Shown one piece after another: positions 20,801 to 33,124 of a stretch of DNA of 42,958 nucleotides (the stretch's first letter is position 1; each line of letters starts with the position of its first letter). This DNA comes from Macrostomum lignano (taxonomy: Eukaryota): NCBI GenBank assembly GCA_002269645.1, contig NIVC01004532.1:1-42958 (forward strand), written 5' to 3'. The position numbers were made by a program, and so were the translations under genes. Under the pieces are notes generated by a model. That model made no database searches. It saw only the letters and a list, made by a program, of their open reading frames with translations, and was not told where the DNA came from.

Positions 20801-23800
20801 GGGTGATTCTCAATAGCTGTCTATGGGTGATTCTCAATAGCTGTCTATGGGTGATTCTCAATAGCTGTCTATGGGTGATTCTCAATAGCTGTCTATGGGT
20901 GATTCTCAATAGCTGTCTATGGGTGATTCTCAATAGCTGTCTATGGGTGATTCTCAATAGCTGTCTATGGGTGATTCTCAATAGCTGTCTATGGGTGATT
21001 CTCAATCTGCCTATAGGTGATTCTCAATAGCTGTCTATGGGTGATTCTCAATAGCTGTCTATGGGTGATTCTCAATCTGTCTATGGGTGATTCTCAATCT
21101 GTCTATGGGTGATTCTCAATAGCTGTCTATGGGCGATTCTCAATCTACCTATAGGTGATTCTCAATAGCTGTCTATGGGCGATTCTCAATCTACCTATAG
21201 GTGATTCTCAATAGCTGTCTATGGGTGACTCTCAATCTGCCTATGGGTGACTCAATCTGCCTATGGGTGACTTTCAATCTGCCCATACATGCGCAACCTT
21301 GGGAATCACCCGGCCGTTTCTATTGGCAACACACACATGTAAGTCGCTATTGGCTGAGAGCAGTCACGTGACTACTATTCTGTCCAATAGCGACATACGT
21401 GTGTGTTGCCAATAGAAACGGCCGAGTGAATCCAAAGGTTGCGCCCAAGCATGAATCTGCCTATGGGTGATTCTCAATCTGCCTATGGGTGATTCTGATT
21501 TTGTCTGAGCGTAATTCTTAAGCTTTCTATGGATAATTCTTGATCTATCTATGGGTGATTCTAGATCTGTCAATGGGCAATTCTTGATCCATCTATGGGT
21601 GACTGTTTGCGATGCAGTTTGGGAGCTGCTGGACAGAATGCACGCAATTTAACAGCCTACCTAAAGTCATATTTATCTCTGTATTTAAAAAAAACCAGGT
21701 AAAGCTTTAAATTGGAATAGAACTACTCTTCTTAGTAGAGTGAATTGAATAACACTATCATTTTTAGAAGCAAATATAAAAGAGGCGATCCAGCGAAACT
21801 CCCATTGAAAAACCAAATTCGATTTGGCCGCTACTCCACCGTTGCTTCCTCAACTTCAGCCAGTCGTGTCGTCACATGTTATTAGGTTAAAAAAATTGTT
21901 GGGCAAGCAGGAGCAACAGGAGCAACAGTCACAGCAAGCATACTCGTGCACTAATCTGGACTCAGAACAAAGCATGCGGCCCAGTTAAAACAAGTATTTC
22001 ACGGAGATATAAATTAATATTTACCTCGGCAAGCCGGCGGGTCAGGCTCTTAATCTGAGTCTCGTACGACTCCTCTCTGGATGCAGACTGCAAAGATGGG
22101 CAGGCAGTTAGTTGAACTAATGGGCGACTGTTCGCGATCAAGGGCATGCAGACTAAGATAGAAATGATGCGGCAAGAGGGATGGGGTAGAGACTAGAGAG
22201 AATGGAGAATAGGAGATGGAGCTGGTTTGAAGATTGGTTGGTAGGGATGGAGTCAGTCACCAGAATGTCTGAACAGCAAACTGGCATGCACAAGAGATTA
22301 CAATATTTAAAAGATGTTAACAATTACAAAAAATCATAATGAAAATCATAAAGTTTGTAAATATAAAGTAATGAAAAACGCCATGCTTCAAACTACTCTT
22401 ACTCAATACCCCTCCCCCCCCTAAGTGAACGCATAAAACGCAGGCATAGTTCAAACTGAACTGAACTTTGGTCTTCAAGTTTCAAAGAAGCAATGCTTGG
22501 ATTTTTGCAAATTATACAAGAGGGCACGGCACTCGGTGTGTTAATTACAGTAATATGCGATGCAAGTCGACGAAGAACGACACGACGAGGCTTTGGAGAC
22601 TGTTTCTTCTAAAATACTGGTTTTGCTTACGACTGCTTTGGCGGCTATGAAAATATGCGACATAAGTTTCGTATTACTGAGCGAAATCGCCTCCTTGTAG
22701 CATAAACTATAATCTAGAACCTAACCCGTTCGACACCCACCTCAATCCAGAGCCACTCTAGCTAAACCACTCACTCTAGCCTGCCAATATAAAAAATTCA
22801 GCCAGCCAGCTAAACTTTCCTACCCCTCCGACACCCACCCCATTCTAGCTTAGTCAACCGAGATAAAAGCAGGAGCCCTCTAAACTTTTCTACCCCCCCC
22901 TGACACCCACCCCATTCTAGCTAGTCAATCTAGATAAGAGCCAGAGCCCGCTAAACTTTCCTACCCCTCCGACACCCACCCCGTTCTAGCTAGTCAATCT
23001 AGATAAGAGCCAGAGCCCGCTAAACTTTCCTACCCCTCCGACACCCACCCCGTTCTAGCTAGTCAATCTAGATAAGAGCCAGAGCCCGCTAAACTTTCCT
23101 ACCCCTCCAACACCCACCCCGTTCTAGCTAGTCAATCTAGATAAGAGCCAGAGCCCGCTAAACTTTTCTACGTACTCACACCTGCCCCTCCAGCACATTT
23201 TACAGTCTAGACACACCGTTAATTTCCTCCAATATTAATTTAAAATGCTTTGAACTAATTGACTTATCTTTTTATTGTAGTTCAACTATGGCATACTGCA
23301 ATCTAATTGCAAATCCAATTCAATCTAAGCCCTTACAGCCTTGAGACGCTCGGAGAGATCTCGGATAGTTTCCTCGTAAGACTCCTCGCGCTGGGCCGCC
23401 TCCTGCTCGGAGATCTCCAACGATTTCATGTTGCTGCCAACAACGCGCAGCTCCTCTTCCAGTTCCAGGATTTTGCTGCATTTTCAGTGCACAGTTTCTT
23501 TATCGTTGATTTCAATTGCAACTTTATAGTAATTGTTCATACAAATAGACAGATTAATTTATTCGCTTGAACCATGCCATGCGCAAGCGTGCAAACACAG
23601 ACTTTTCCTATTGTACAATAATTAGCTACTTGTGAGTAGTGAATACTGACTAAACCTCCATAAATTCTTTATGGCGTTAAAAACATAAAATTATAAAATA
23701 ATCGAATCGTTAACGTGAATAATGAATATGATGGGCGCTTAAAAATAACCAAAAAGGTAAACTAAGAACCTTGGCATCCCTCTGCTCAAGCGATTTTAGA

Positions 23801-25165
23801 CTGTTAGCGACAGAGTGCAGCTCGTCCGACAGATCCTTGACTTTGCGCTCAGCGGCCTCGGCCCTCTGTTCCGCCCTGTCCAGCTGGGCTTCGGTCAGAA
23901 GCAGCTTCCGGTTGACCTGATGACGACATGGCCCCCAGGTAGGCGGTTAGTAACAACAAATAAATATATACCCTGCCAGCTATATTTAAAACTATTTATG
24001 TGCCAGTACTGGGAAGTAAAACTCCCATCTAAGCCGGAGTTAGAGGATAACGCTAGAATAAGGATTACACTCCTAATAATTACAATTTTTAAACCAACTC
24101 AAATTCACTGGCACTATAGTTCTTGGCACCCGAACAGCTTCATGCTTCTACTTAGTTCTATCTTCTAGCTCTCTAAAAAACACAGCAATTCCCGACAAGC
24201 AAAAGCAAGACTCTTGTTTAAAAAACGTTAATGCCAAAAAACTCGAAAAGCATTTCGAAAAACTTTAAAAAACGTTTCTGACTTCATACTGGGATTTTAG
24301 TTGTCAGATTGGGATTTTAGCCGCCAGGTTGGGATTTTAGCTGTCAGATTGGGATTTTAGCTGTCAGATTGGGATTTTAGCTGTCAGATTGGGATTTTAG
24401 CCGCCAGGTTGGGATTTTAGCTGTCAGATTGGGATTTTAGCTGTCAGATTGGGATTTTAGCTGTCAGATTGGGATTTTAGCCGCCAGGTTGGGATTTTAG
24501 CTGTCAGATTGGGATTTTAGCTGTCAGATTGGGATTTTAGCCGCCACGTTTGGATTTTAGCTGTCAGATTGGGATTTTAGCTGACAGGTTGGGATTTTAG
24601 CTGACAGGTTGGGATAATTGTTGTCACATTAGGATTTCAGCCGCCAGGTTGGGATTTTAACTTTCAAATCGGGATCACAAGTGTCAGTTTAGGATTTATA
24701 TTCGCACTGGGATCATAACAGTTTAAATCTGCAGTTCATAAATAGAAATCGAGCATGAAAATACAAGCAAGACGGGCAATTAGTAAATAGTTATTATAAA
24801 TTCTCTAATTTGTTTTTGAGAACTCAAAATATCCTGGAACAGGTCTCTGGACAAAAACATTCACAACAGGACGAAGATTTAAATGCAGTCATAAAAAAAA
24901 ACTGAAAACACTTCAATGGGACACGCAGGGCATGCCAAGGGCACCTTTCAGCCGCCTCCAGGCGGGACTCGGCCCGCTCGAGGTCCACCTCGGTGATGGC
25001 CAGCTTCCTGGCTGCCTCATCATATTTGCGGTCCGCGTCCTCTGCGATGAACTTCGCCTCCTTGAGCTGCTCCTCCAGTGTGTTGACGCGCTCCTCGTCA
25101 GCGATGGAGCGGGTCTCCAGCACCTTGCGGCCTCTGCGGCAGCGACAGCGGTTCCGTCAGTGTGT

Positions 25166-25224
<59 letters not shown>

Positions 25225-25251
25225 TTGTGTCTGTCTGTCTGTCTGTCTTTG

Positions 25252-25296
<45 letters not shown>

Positions 25297-25326
25297 GCCT
25301 GTCTGTCTGTCTGTCTGTCTGTCTGC

Positions 25327-25358
<32 letters not shown>

Positions 25359-25383
25359 TTGTCTGCCTATCTGTCTGTCTGCC

Positions 25384-25420
<37 letters not shown>

Positions 25421-28400
25421 TTGTGTCTGTCTGCCTATCTGTCTGTCTGTCTGTCTTTGTGTCTGTCGACTCTGTCTGTCTGTCTGTCTGCCTATCTGTC
25501 TGTCTGTCTGCCTATCTGTCTTAGTGTCTGTCTGTCTTAGTGTCTGTTTGTCAGTCTGTCTTGTTTATTGCTATCAATCTATTTATCTATCAAGCATGTT
25601 TAACTAAACATACTGAATATTCGATAGCATACGAGTATATCGGATATAAAAGCGAATGAATGTTTAAAGGAAAAAATGGTCAATAGTAGCACCGGACAAA
25701 CGCGAATGACCCAAATAATTTAGCAAGTTGATAAACGTTCCAAAAAATGAACAAGTTTACAGAAATTTGGTTATCAGAATGACTTCATCTACAAAATAAA
25801 AACAACATGAAGTTAAGCGTTTTACCAACAACACTGATGAATTGCTGTGTTTCCTGCTGGCAAAAACAACTCCCACAGACTAGGCCCACAAAATCCGGAG
25901 CCTAAATAAAAAGCATCTTACGGATACCATCAAGCCCTCTCTGTACCTCTTCGTATCTTTTCTCAGCTTCTTTGGCCGCATCCGTGGCCTCCTTGACCAT
26001 CTGGTCCAGCGAGCTCAGCCTGGCTTCGTCCTCGTTCTGGCGACTCTCCAGCACTTTGCGGGATCTAATAGAGAGCAGAAATCAATTATTTAAATAAAAG
26101 TACAACGGGAACTTTGAATTCTGTCATCCTCTGAAATCGAAAAGCACGGCACGCGATGGGCATGCGAATATAAAATAGTCATGAAAAGCTAAAAAATACT
26201 ACTTATTCCTGTTCAGTAGTGTAGTAAGGACATAACGACTGGCAAGTATTGATTAACTAATCAGCTCACCGCTCGCTCTCGTCAGCTGCCTTGCTGGCCT
26301 CCTCCAGCTTCTGCGTGGCCTCCTGCAGGCGGCCCTCAGTCTGCTCCAGGTCCTCCTCAATCAGGCGGATGCGCCGGGTCAGGGCCTGCACCTCCGCCTC
26401 GGCCTTGAGACAGGGAAAAATGAGCAAGATTATAAGATGCTAGTTACATTATACCCAGCAAAATTCCATTCAGATTAATAATAAGGGCATTGAATAAAAG
26501 TTCATACTGTATCGGAATAAAATTCAGTAAAAATATCTTATATATCTTATACACATCTTAATCTCTAAGTAAATCTTAGATATTCACAGCTTTGACAAAG
26601 ACAAAAAATCATTGAATTGAAGTCTTGATTTCATAGACTTATAGAAGCAATAAAGCATTCTAGATCAGTTTTTAAATAAGAGAACAAATATGACTAGAGT
26701 GGATTGAAATTTGGAAAGCTAATTTACAACATATGTATGGTAAGACTGCATTTTTTACACAATAGTATTTAAATCAAAATTTGCAGTTGCTTCAATGATT
26801 GGCATGGAAACTGGCTTATTTGTGAGCTTTATAAAATGTGTCAAGTCTTTACAAATGAACTGATCCTACTATGCCAACTCCCTGGCCTAAAGTATATAAA
26901 TATGAAATCACAAATACATTAAATTTAATGGAAATGCATTAATTTTTAGGCAAAATGTTACAATTAAGCTGTTTCAAACATTGCATAGTAAGTGAGGTTT
27001 CCACCATTAACAGTAGGATTTTTCTGCCTATCAAACTACCAATAGGGGGGGGGGGATTCCCCCCTTTTTGACAATTTTTTGCTGCACCAGAATGGAGCAA
27101 CGCAGGCACACAAAATTCAAGAACATAGGCTAAATTTTTGTTGCACACCTTCTCAAACAAGAATCAAGTCGCCAGCCCTCCAGACTGTTGAGATATTCAA
27201 CTATTCTGCCAGAAGGTTGGATTATCCCATAAGCACCAGTGTATTCAGTACACCCCTGTGTGCCAAAGTGCAGCTTTTTTAAGTCTCCAAATTTTATCAG
27301 CACATTGACCACATGTGTCTGCATCAGCTCTGACTTTGTTGGTCACTGGCCTTCACCGAGACAAAGCTTCTAGACCTTCAACAGGTGGCACCAGGTGACT
27401 ATGAACATCCTGATACTAATTTCTCTAGTTTTGCTGATCAAACCTTGACAGTGGGTAAGCCTCAACTACTAGGTATCCTCAGCTGGTCTCTCAAGTAGTT
27501 AGTCTTCACCTGGATGCCGTTGGCACCTTCAACAGATGACACTAGGTGACTATGAACACCCTGATGCAAATTTCTAGAGTTTCACCAATCAAGACTTGAC
27601 AGTGGGCAAGCCTTAATTTCTGGACACTTTCAGCTAGTCTCACGAGCATTTAGCCATCACTTGGACCCCATTGGCGCCTTCAATAGGTGACTATGGACAT
27701 CCTTTTGCAACTATGTCAGGTTTTTCTTATCAAGCTTCAATAATGATAAGATTGAGAAGGTGTGCGACAAAAAGTTAGCCCATGTTCTTGAATTTTGTGT
27801 GCCTATATTGCTCTGTTCCAGTGTAGCAAAAAATTGACAGGTGGGGGGGGGAATTTTCTTCCTAGTTTTACTGTTAAGATATTTAATTCATCTAAAGGCA
27901 GGTGGCAGCTAAGCTGCCTAGCCAAAACTGGACTTGTATTGCCACTTGCCTATCACATTAAGTCAGCTATGGCAAGGAGGCACATTTTCTATTTTAAGCT
28001 GCATTTTCTAGGAACTTAATAAGCACCCCTCATAAAACAACAAAAGTAAACTATTTGCATTTTTGTTTTAAAAAATCACAACTTTTAATTCATAAAAACA
28101 GATTTTTTATGGTATATCATTTTTTTCAAAAAAATGATTATATCTCTTAATATAGGTAGCACTAAAATGAGTTGAATTTTTGGCACCAATTTTTAATCAG
28201 TTTGAATTCAATATATTTATATTGATGTCTAGATATCTATGCAGTAGTGAGCCAGGGGGGATATAAGAATATATCACCCCATCTTGATGAGTTATAAGAA
28301 ACAAAAATGAGGTTTTTTGATAAAAAAATGCAAAATACAGTGGCTTAGACTTAGCAAAATTCCCAAAAATTGGCCCATTTCACTTGTAAATTACTAATAA

Positions 28401-31327
28401 AATGTTTTAAATGATATTTCAGCAAATCCCTACCCTAGTTTTTAAAGGCTAAAATACCTTAGTCAAGACAGATATCTGCTGGCTTTATTTTGATTTCAAC
28501 AAAGTAAAGTTTTTTAGCCTAAAAACATGGTTTTTGTACCTTCTTAAATGTATATTTTAAGCATAAATTGCAAAAAAACTATTGAATCAGTCTAAAACTT
28601 TGTCCCTTAAAGTAACCCCCCTTTTCAAAATCCTAGCTTTGCCACTATATCTGTTATATTTAGAATATTGGTATCCAACCTAGGGCACTTTATTATATAC
28701 TAAGAGTAAGATGCTAGCTAAATAGTGACCAACTCATTGAATAGTACCAGCGAGCTTATTTGACCAGCGTAAGCACTGCCACATTAAAATATTGCTATCT
28801 AATAAATGTAAAATGTCTTGTTATCAGCAATTAGGCATACTTGCTAATTGCTGTTTTAGAATTTAGTTAAATTTTAAAACAAAAAAATTGCAGAATTGGT
28901 ACTAGAAAATTCTGCAGTAAATATTAAATATTTAGAGTACCTGAGTGCGCAGATTCTTTTCGTTTTCTAGCTCAGCACCTTTGGTAGAAAGTTCATCCTG
29001 AACAGAATCCAGATCATTTTTCAGTGCCTGCATTCTCTGCTTCAGTGAAGCTAGAACAGATTCCTTATTGTTTGTCGTCATTGTAACTGATATAGCTAAA
29101 ATAAGCACAAAGCTATATAACTATATAAAGAAAGTTTTAGAAGGATAATTATTTAGGAAAGAACGTTCTTTACTACTTTTTTATTGCTGATTCTTGTTCC
29201 GCAGTTTCTAGGAATATTTTAATGCTTGAAAATTTTTTAGTGCCTTTAAAACAAAAAAACAACCTTTAGTGGCTTTTAAAGCCATTAAGTAGCAGTTAGA
29301 ATGACATGAATCGACCAAGTTATATTATTCGTTTTAAGAATTTTTGAAAGATTTTTTAAATGTGCATACAAGCACCTTTATAAATATTGGTTTGTTAATT
29401 CAAATTTCAAAGCGTAAAACTAAATGGATGGAACTTGCACCCAATATCGCTCATCTGAACTCCGTAGCAGATTTTTATATTTCCGTCCTATTACTTCCCC
29501 GTAAAAAAATTGGACTTCCACCGACGTACCCGACGTCGATGGATGTCTATTAGCAATGGGTACTTCTTTAATACGCCTTACGCGAGATGCCAGGGTACAG
29601 TTACTAGCAATTTCATTATTTTGCATTTTGTTCACTTTTTGCCGTCTTGAATGCATATGTACACCTCAGTAATTTCTGATATAATATTGATGAACGTCTG
29701 GTAAACTACTTAACTCATTTAGAATTGTCGAACTCTGATTCTTGTATTACATTTTCATTCTGGGCCATCCCCCCATAAGCCCTAAAGACACAAATTTTAA
29801 CGTAGGGAAACAATATTTCTTGATGACTAAATTATATGTCCCGATTCGAACGTCTGGTTAAGCCTATAAAAATCCGGATCATTTTGCATGTACATGCATC
29901 AAGGACCTCTGAAGTCACTTCGTTACACAGGACGTAACTCTCCGGAATAGTGGATAATTTTTGATGGGTAAATTCACGATGCTATGCTTAGCGATTTTTT
30001 TCATATGATAGCAACTCCACATGTATATAAGTGAATAATAGAGGATGAATTTGACAGGAAAACATTATTTTTTACTATATAAATGACTTTTCTGGTGTTT
30101 TATAACGTCTATTTATTGCGTTGAATTGAGTTTCTTGAGTGCAAACTGAGTATTACTATACGTTTAGTGTTACGAGGAGTTCCACTCGTTGAGACTAAAA
30201 TTTAAGGTGGGATGGGATTATGGTGGCCCAGTCCCAGTTGTGACAGAATCCCTGAATAGGTAAATATATTCTTCAAAGCAGTCTGTTCTTTAAGTTTTGT
30301 AATCTGCCTAATCAGTGTACGTACGATACTGCATTTTATGCTTCTGTGTATTCATTTTCGTTCGAATTCGTTGTGTTTTGATGTTTTTTTCAAGCAATAT
30401 TATTTTTACTGATCTATGAAATGCAATTGTTTCCGGTTATGTTTACAATGAGTTTATGTTCTTTGTTTTTACATTTTTCAACATTCATTTGTTTCCAATT
30501 GCCTTCCATAAATATACTACTTTTTGTTCCCTTCTTTGTCACAAAAACTGACCTTAAAATCATCTTGTTTCTTACACTGACTCGAAGTCAGAGGTCAAAA
30601 GGTTAGCTAATTGAACTGACTATGAGCATTACTTCTTTACTGGTTAATAAACGTGGTGTGTGTTGCTTTCCACTGCCAAAAAGAAGTCAAGATTTTGCAT
30701 TGAAAGGCATGCAATCTACGGGGTACTGTACTAAAAAGTCAATTCTTTCGTATTCTGAGGGGAATAAATAGAAGACCATGCAGCAATCGAAAGAGCACAG
30801 AAATCTGCCCGATTCATCAATCCGTTCAAGACATGACACAATTGCAAAATTTGGCCTTCAAAAAATTTTCCACGATTTTGGAGTGTTCAGTCCTTCTAAG
30901 TAGTCCTTGACATGCATGAGCTAATTAGTTTTGGTTTTGCCACTGGTAAAAGGCTTTAACATCACAAAAAATGATTATACATATAATGGACTTACATCGC
31001 TGGCTCGCTTCTCTGTTCCCTCCAAATTGGTGTTGGTGGTGGTGAGGGACTCCTGGGCGGTGTCGAGATCCTGCTGCAGCTGCTGGAACTTCTTCTGCAT
31101 CTCGCCCATCTCCTCTTCCTTCTTGGCCATCTCAGCCTCCTTCTCCTTCAGCTTGGTCTCCAGCTGGTCGGCCCTGGAATGATTTTGTAAATAAAATACA
31201 GTTGTTCATCATAGCGTCTTGGTGGAAACGATTCAAAAGCAAAACATAATATTCAAACCACGTACGCGTCAACGGCATTCTCCTTCTCTAGCTTCATCAC
31301 CAGCATCTTCTTCTTGATGGCGTCCAT
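17748..31327 (-). CDS. TPM: Tropomyosin gene: long 284-aa isoform (exons 1a,2,3,4B5B,6B7B,8B,9B) and short 251-aa isoform (1b,3,4A,5A6A,7A,8A,9A)
   Basis: MDAIKKKM start, [44 protein letters not shown] end. Exon sums are 855 nt (284 aa, canonical) and 756 nt. All junctions are GT-AG. Pairing of exon 8/9 variants to paths is inferred from similarity. Confidence 0.96.
19248..19330 (-). CDS. TPM: Tropomyosin alternative terminal exon 9A ([27 protein letters not shown])
   Basis: 83 nt, same phase and length as 9B, acceptor CCGCAG. Confidence 0.88.
19370..19585. repeat. CT-rich ~20-bp minisatellite in a tropomyosin intron
   Basis: CCCCTTCTCCTGTCTGTGT-type units. Confidence 0.85.
19700..19769 (-). 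CDS. TPM: Tropomyosin exon 8A ([23 protein letters not shown])
   Basis: 70 nt, GTAAG|GCT acceptor, G|GTGAGC donor. Confidence 0.88.
20031..20100 (-). CDS. TPM: Tropomyosin exon 8B ([23 protein letters not shown])
   Basis: 70 nt, CTCAG acceptor, G|GTATGT donor. Confidence 0.92.
20240..21270. repeat. 24-bp minisatellite (AGCTGTCTATGGGTGATTCTCAAT) with degenerate tail to ~21600
   Basis: About 40 tandem units; source of the LLRITHRQ pseudo-ORF. Confidence 0.96.
22025..22087 (-). CDS. TPM: Tropomyosin exon 7A ([21 protein letters not shown])
   Basis: 63 nt, phase 0-0, TTTGCAG / GTAAAT. Confidence 0.9.
22760..23170. repeat. ~69-bp minisatellite
   Basis: GCTAAACTTTCCTACCCCTCC...AGAGCCAGAGCCC period ~69, 5-6 copies. 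Confidence 0.9.
23337..23475 (-). CDS. TPM: Tropomyosin fused exon 6B+7B ([47 protein letters not shown])
   Basis: 139 nt = 76+63, phase 2 in and phase 0 out. Confidence 0.94.
23770..23916 (-). CDS. TPM: Tropomyosin fused exon 5A+6A ([49 protein letters not shown])
   Basis: 147 nt = 71+76, phase 0-0. Confidence 0.9.
24290..24680. repeat. 20-bp minisatellite (GGGATTTTAGCTGTCAGATT)
   Basis: Tandem units with a CCGCCAGGTT variant. Confidence 0.93.
24945..25133 (-). CDS. TPM: Tropomyosin fused exon 4B+5B ([17 protein letters not shown]...[12 protein letters not shown])
   Basis: 189 nt = 118+71, phase 2-2, CCGCAG / GTGCCC. Confidence 0.94.
25165..25560. repeat. (GTCT)n microsatellite
   Basis: Tetranucleotide array just upstream of the exon 4B acceptor. 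Confidence 0.97.
25947..26064 (-). CDS. TPM: Tropomyosin exon 4A ([40 protein letters not shown])
   Basis: 118 nt, phase 2 in and phase 0 out, TATTAG / GTACAG. Confidence 0.9.
26270..26403 (-). CDS. TPM: Tropomyosin constitutive exon 3 ([19 protein letters not shown]...SKAADESE)
   Basis: 134 nt (canonical exon 3 size), CTCAAG / GTGAGC. Confidence 0.96.
27007..27877. mobile_element. Degenerate MITE/fold-back element (~870 bp) with internal ~160-bp direct repeats
   Basis: 27007-27156 versus 27752-27877 are imperfect inverted arms (e.g. AGGCACACAAAATTCAAGAACATAGGCTAAATTTTTGTTGCACACC). TTAA at both outer boundaries. Internal GGTGACTATGAACA block is repeated. Confidence 0.6.
28941..29081 (-). 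CDS. TPM: Tropomyosin alternative first exon 1b ([47 protein letters not shown])
   Basis: 141 nt, ATG to CAG|GTACTC, phase 0 into exon 3; position and heptad pattern of the short-isoform exon 1b. Confidence 0.88.
30996..31173 (-). CDS. TPM: Tropomyosin exon 2
   Basis: 178 nt, TTCCAG / GTAAGT; with exon 1a gives exactly 80 codons. Confidence 0.95.
31266..31327 (-). CDS. TPM: Tropomyosin exon 1a ([20 protein letters not shown])
   Basis: Canonical MDAIKKKM, donor GC|GTACGT. Confidence 0.96.
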
Positions 31328-31482
31328 CTCTTGTTAAACTTTTTCAATTAGTCGAATAAATTAAAACAAAAACGAGTTGATTCTCGAAGACCCGAACCGA
31401 AAATGCTGAAATGCAATCCGAAGGCTGAGATGAACAGACGGGCTTCAGGAGCGACTGCAGGAGACTGAGAGGTAGAGAGGGC

Positions 31483-31515
31483 CAACTGCCGTTCCTGTGG
31501 ATGCAGCATTTTATA
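31483..31515 (-). promoter_or_regulatory. Candidate TATA box (TATAAAA, 31515-31509) and Inr-like GCAGTT for the long tropomyosin isoform
   Basis: TATAAAA ~25 nt upstream of an initiator-like CAGTT, ~160-190 nt upstream of the ATG. Confidence 0.45.
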
Positions 31516-32229
31516 ACGGCCGATCCTCCGCAATGGGAAGCAGAGGGGGCTGAAAGGAAGGTCGGGAGTACCAAAGGAGGGGGTTGGGCGCGTTCACCAA
31601 AATGTTGGACCTGAAGCAGGCTTTAGCGAATGCCATCCATTCAAGCAGTCCCAGAATTCCGCTTTGACCCCCGGGAGGCCTGCAGCCTCTCTCTGCCTTG
31701 CACCACCGGCAAGGAGCAAAACTTTCGCTTAGGAACGTTCGAAACTCTCCCTCTGCAGCCCACGCACCTCCTGAAAGCCAGCAATCGATAGTCGCTGATA
31801 GCGCCTCTACCCCCTCTTTCTCTCTGACTGGATTTGATCTGCTTCATGGCATTTAAGCCACAGATTCAAGCAACGAATAGATTGGGACGCAGCTTGCATT
31901 GCGCCAATGAACATTCAGTCGTACAGGGACCTCCTAGCCAGACTGAAGACTCCAGCATCTGCGCAGCTACCGCATTTTGGGTTGCAGCACTCTTGTCAGG
32001 CCTTCCCCGCTGCATGGGTCCGTTGTAGCTGCACACTGTCGTCCTGTCCTGCATGTCCTTCGCCTCGACTGCTGGGGAAGGAAACTGCAGTGGAAACGGC
32101 GCCGGTTGCAGTCAAAATCGAAGCTCTTTTTGCTTAAGCATTCAGCGGAATCTTATAGCAACAACTGTTTTACAATGTCTTTACTTTAGACGGCGGTGCC
32201 TGGCTGGCATGAAAAAATATTGTTTAAGA

Positions 32230-32770
32230 ACAGGACGAGCTCGAAGAGTGTCACAAAATGGTTGAAGGACGAGCTCGAAGAGTGTCAGAGAACGGTTGAA
32301 GGACGAGCTCAAACAGTGTCAGAGAACGGTTGAAGGACGAGCTCGAAGAGTGTCAGTGAATGGTTGAAGGACGAGCTCAAAGAGTGTCAGAGAACGGTTG
32401 TAGGACGAGCTCAAAGAGTGTCAGAGAACGGTTGTAGGACGAGCTCAAAGAGTGTCAGAGAACGGTTGTAGAACGAGCTCAAAGAGTATTAGGGAATGGT
32501 TGTAGGACGAGCTCAAAGGGTGTCAGAGAATGGTTGTAGGACGAGCTCAAAGAGTATTAGGGAATGGTTGTAGGACGAGCTCAAAGAGTATTAGGGAATG
32601 GTTGTAGGACGAGCTCAAAGAGTATTAGGGAATGGTTGTAGGACGAGCTCAAAGGGTGTCAGAGAATGGTTGTAGAACGATCTCAAAGAGTATTAGGGAA
32701 TGGTTGTAGGACGAGCTCAAAGGGTGTCAGAGAATGGTTGTAGGACGAGCTCAAAGAGTGTCAGAGAACT
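32230..32770. repeat. 34-bp minisatellite (GGTTGTAGGACGAGCTCAAAGAGTGTCAGAGAAC)
   Basis: About 16 tandem units, intergenic. Confidence 0.94.
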
Positions 32771-33124
32771 GTCAAGTTAAGCCTTACAGGCCACTTCATC
32801 AATAGAGATTTGCTGTAGCAATGTTATGTAGCAGAAAACGAGTTCTGATGAGGTGCAAATAATTAATTGACCCTAGGACTCAATTACTCAAAGTCGCCGA
32901 ATTTGTAATTATATTATAACAAACAATTAACCGATCAATCAATAGTTGACTTGCAATACAGACTCCTTTCTATTTATTTAAATTAAAATTTATTCAGATA
33001 AAACACAGATTTACGAATAAGCGGCGTGGGGGACAGCAAGCGAATGAACTGACAAAACAGGTCTGGTGAGCGCAGCAGGTGCCGAGCTTGCTGCTGGCAA
33101 AAAAGATAGCTGCTTTCTTGGAGG

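Noticed and set aside
22540-22695. Possible extra phase-0 terminal exon ([10 protein letters not shown]...AYYCN*) in a tropomyosin intron
   Set aside because: Weak polypyrimidine tract, no coiled-coil pattern and no homology to tropomyosin exons.
29760-30232. Short imperfect inverted repeats (CTGGGCCA..CCATAA) suggesting a MITE
   Set aside because: Only ~18 bp with mismatches and no TSD; insufficient support.
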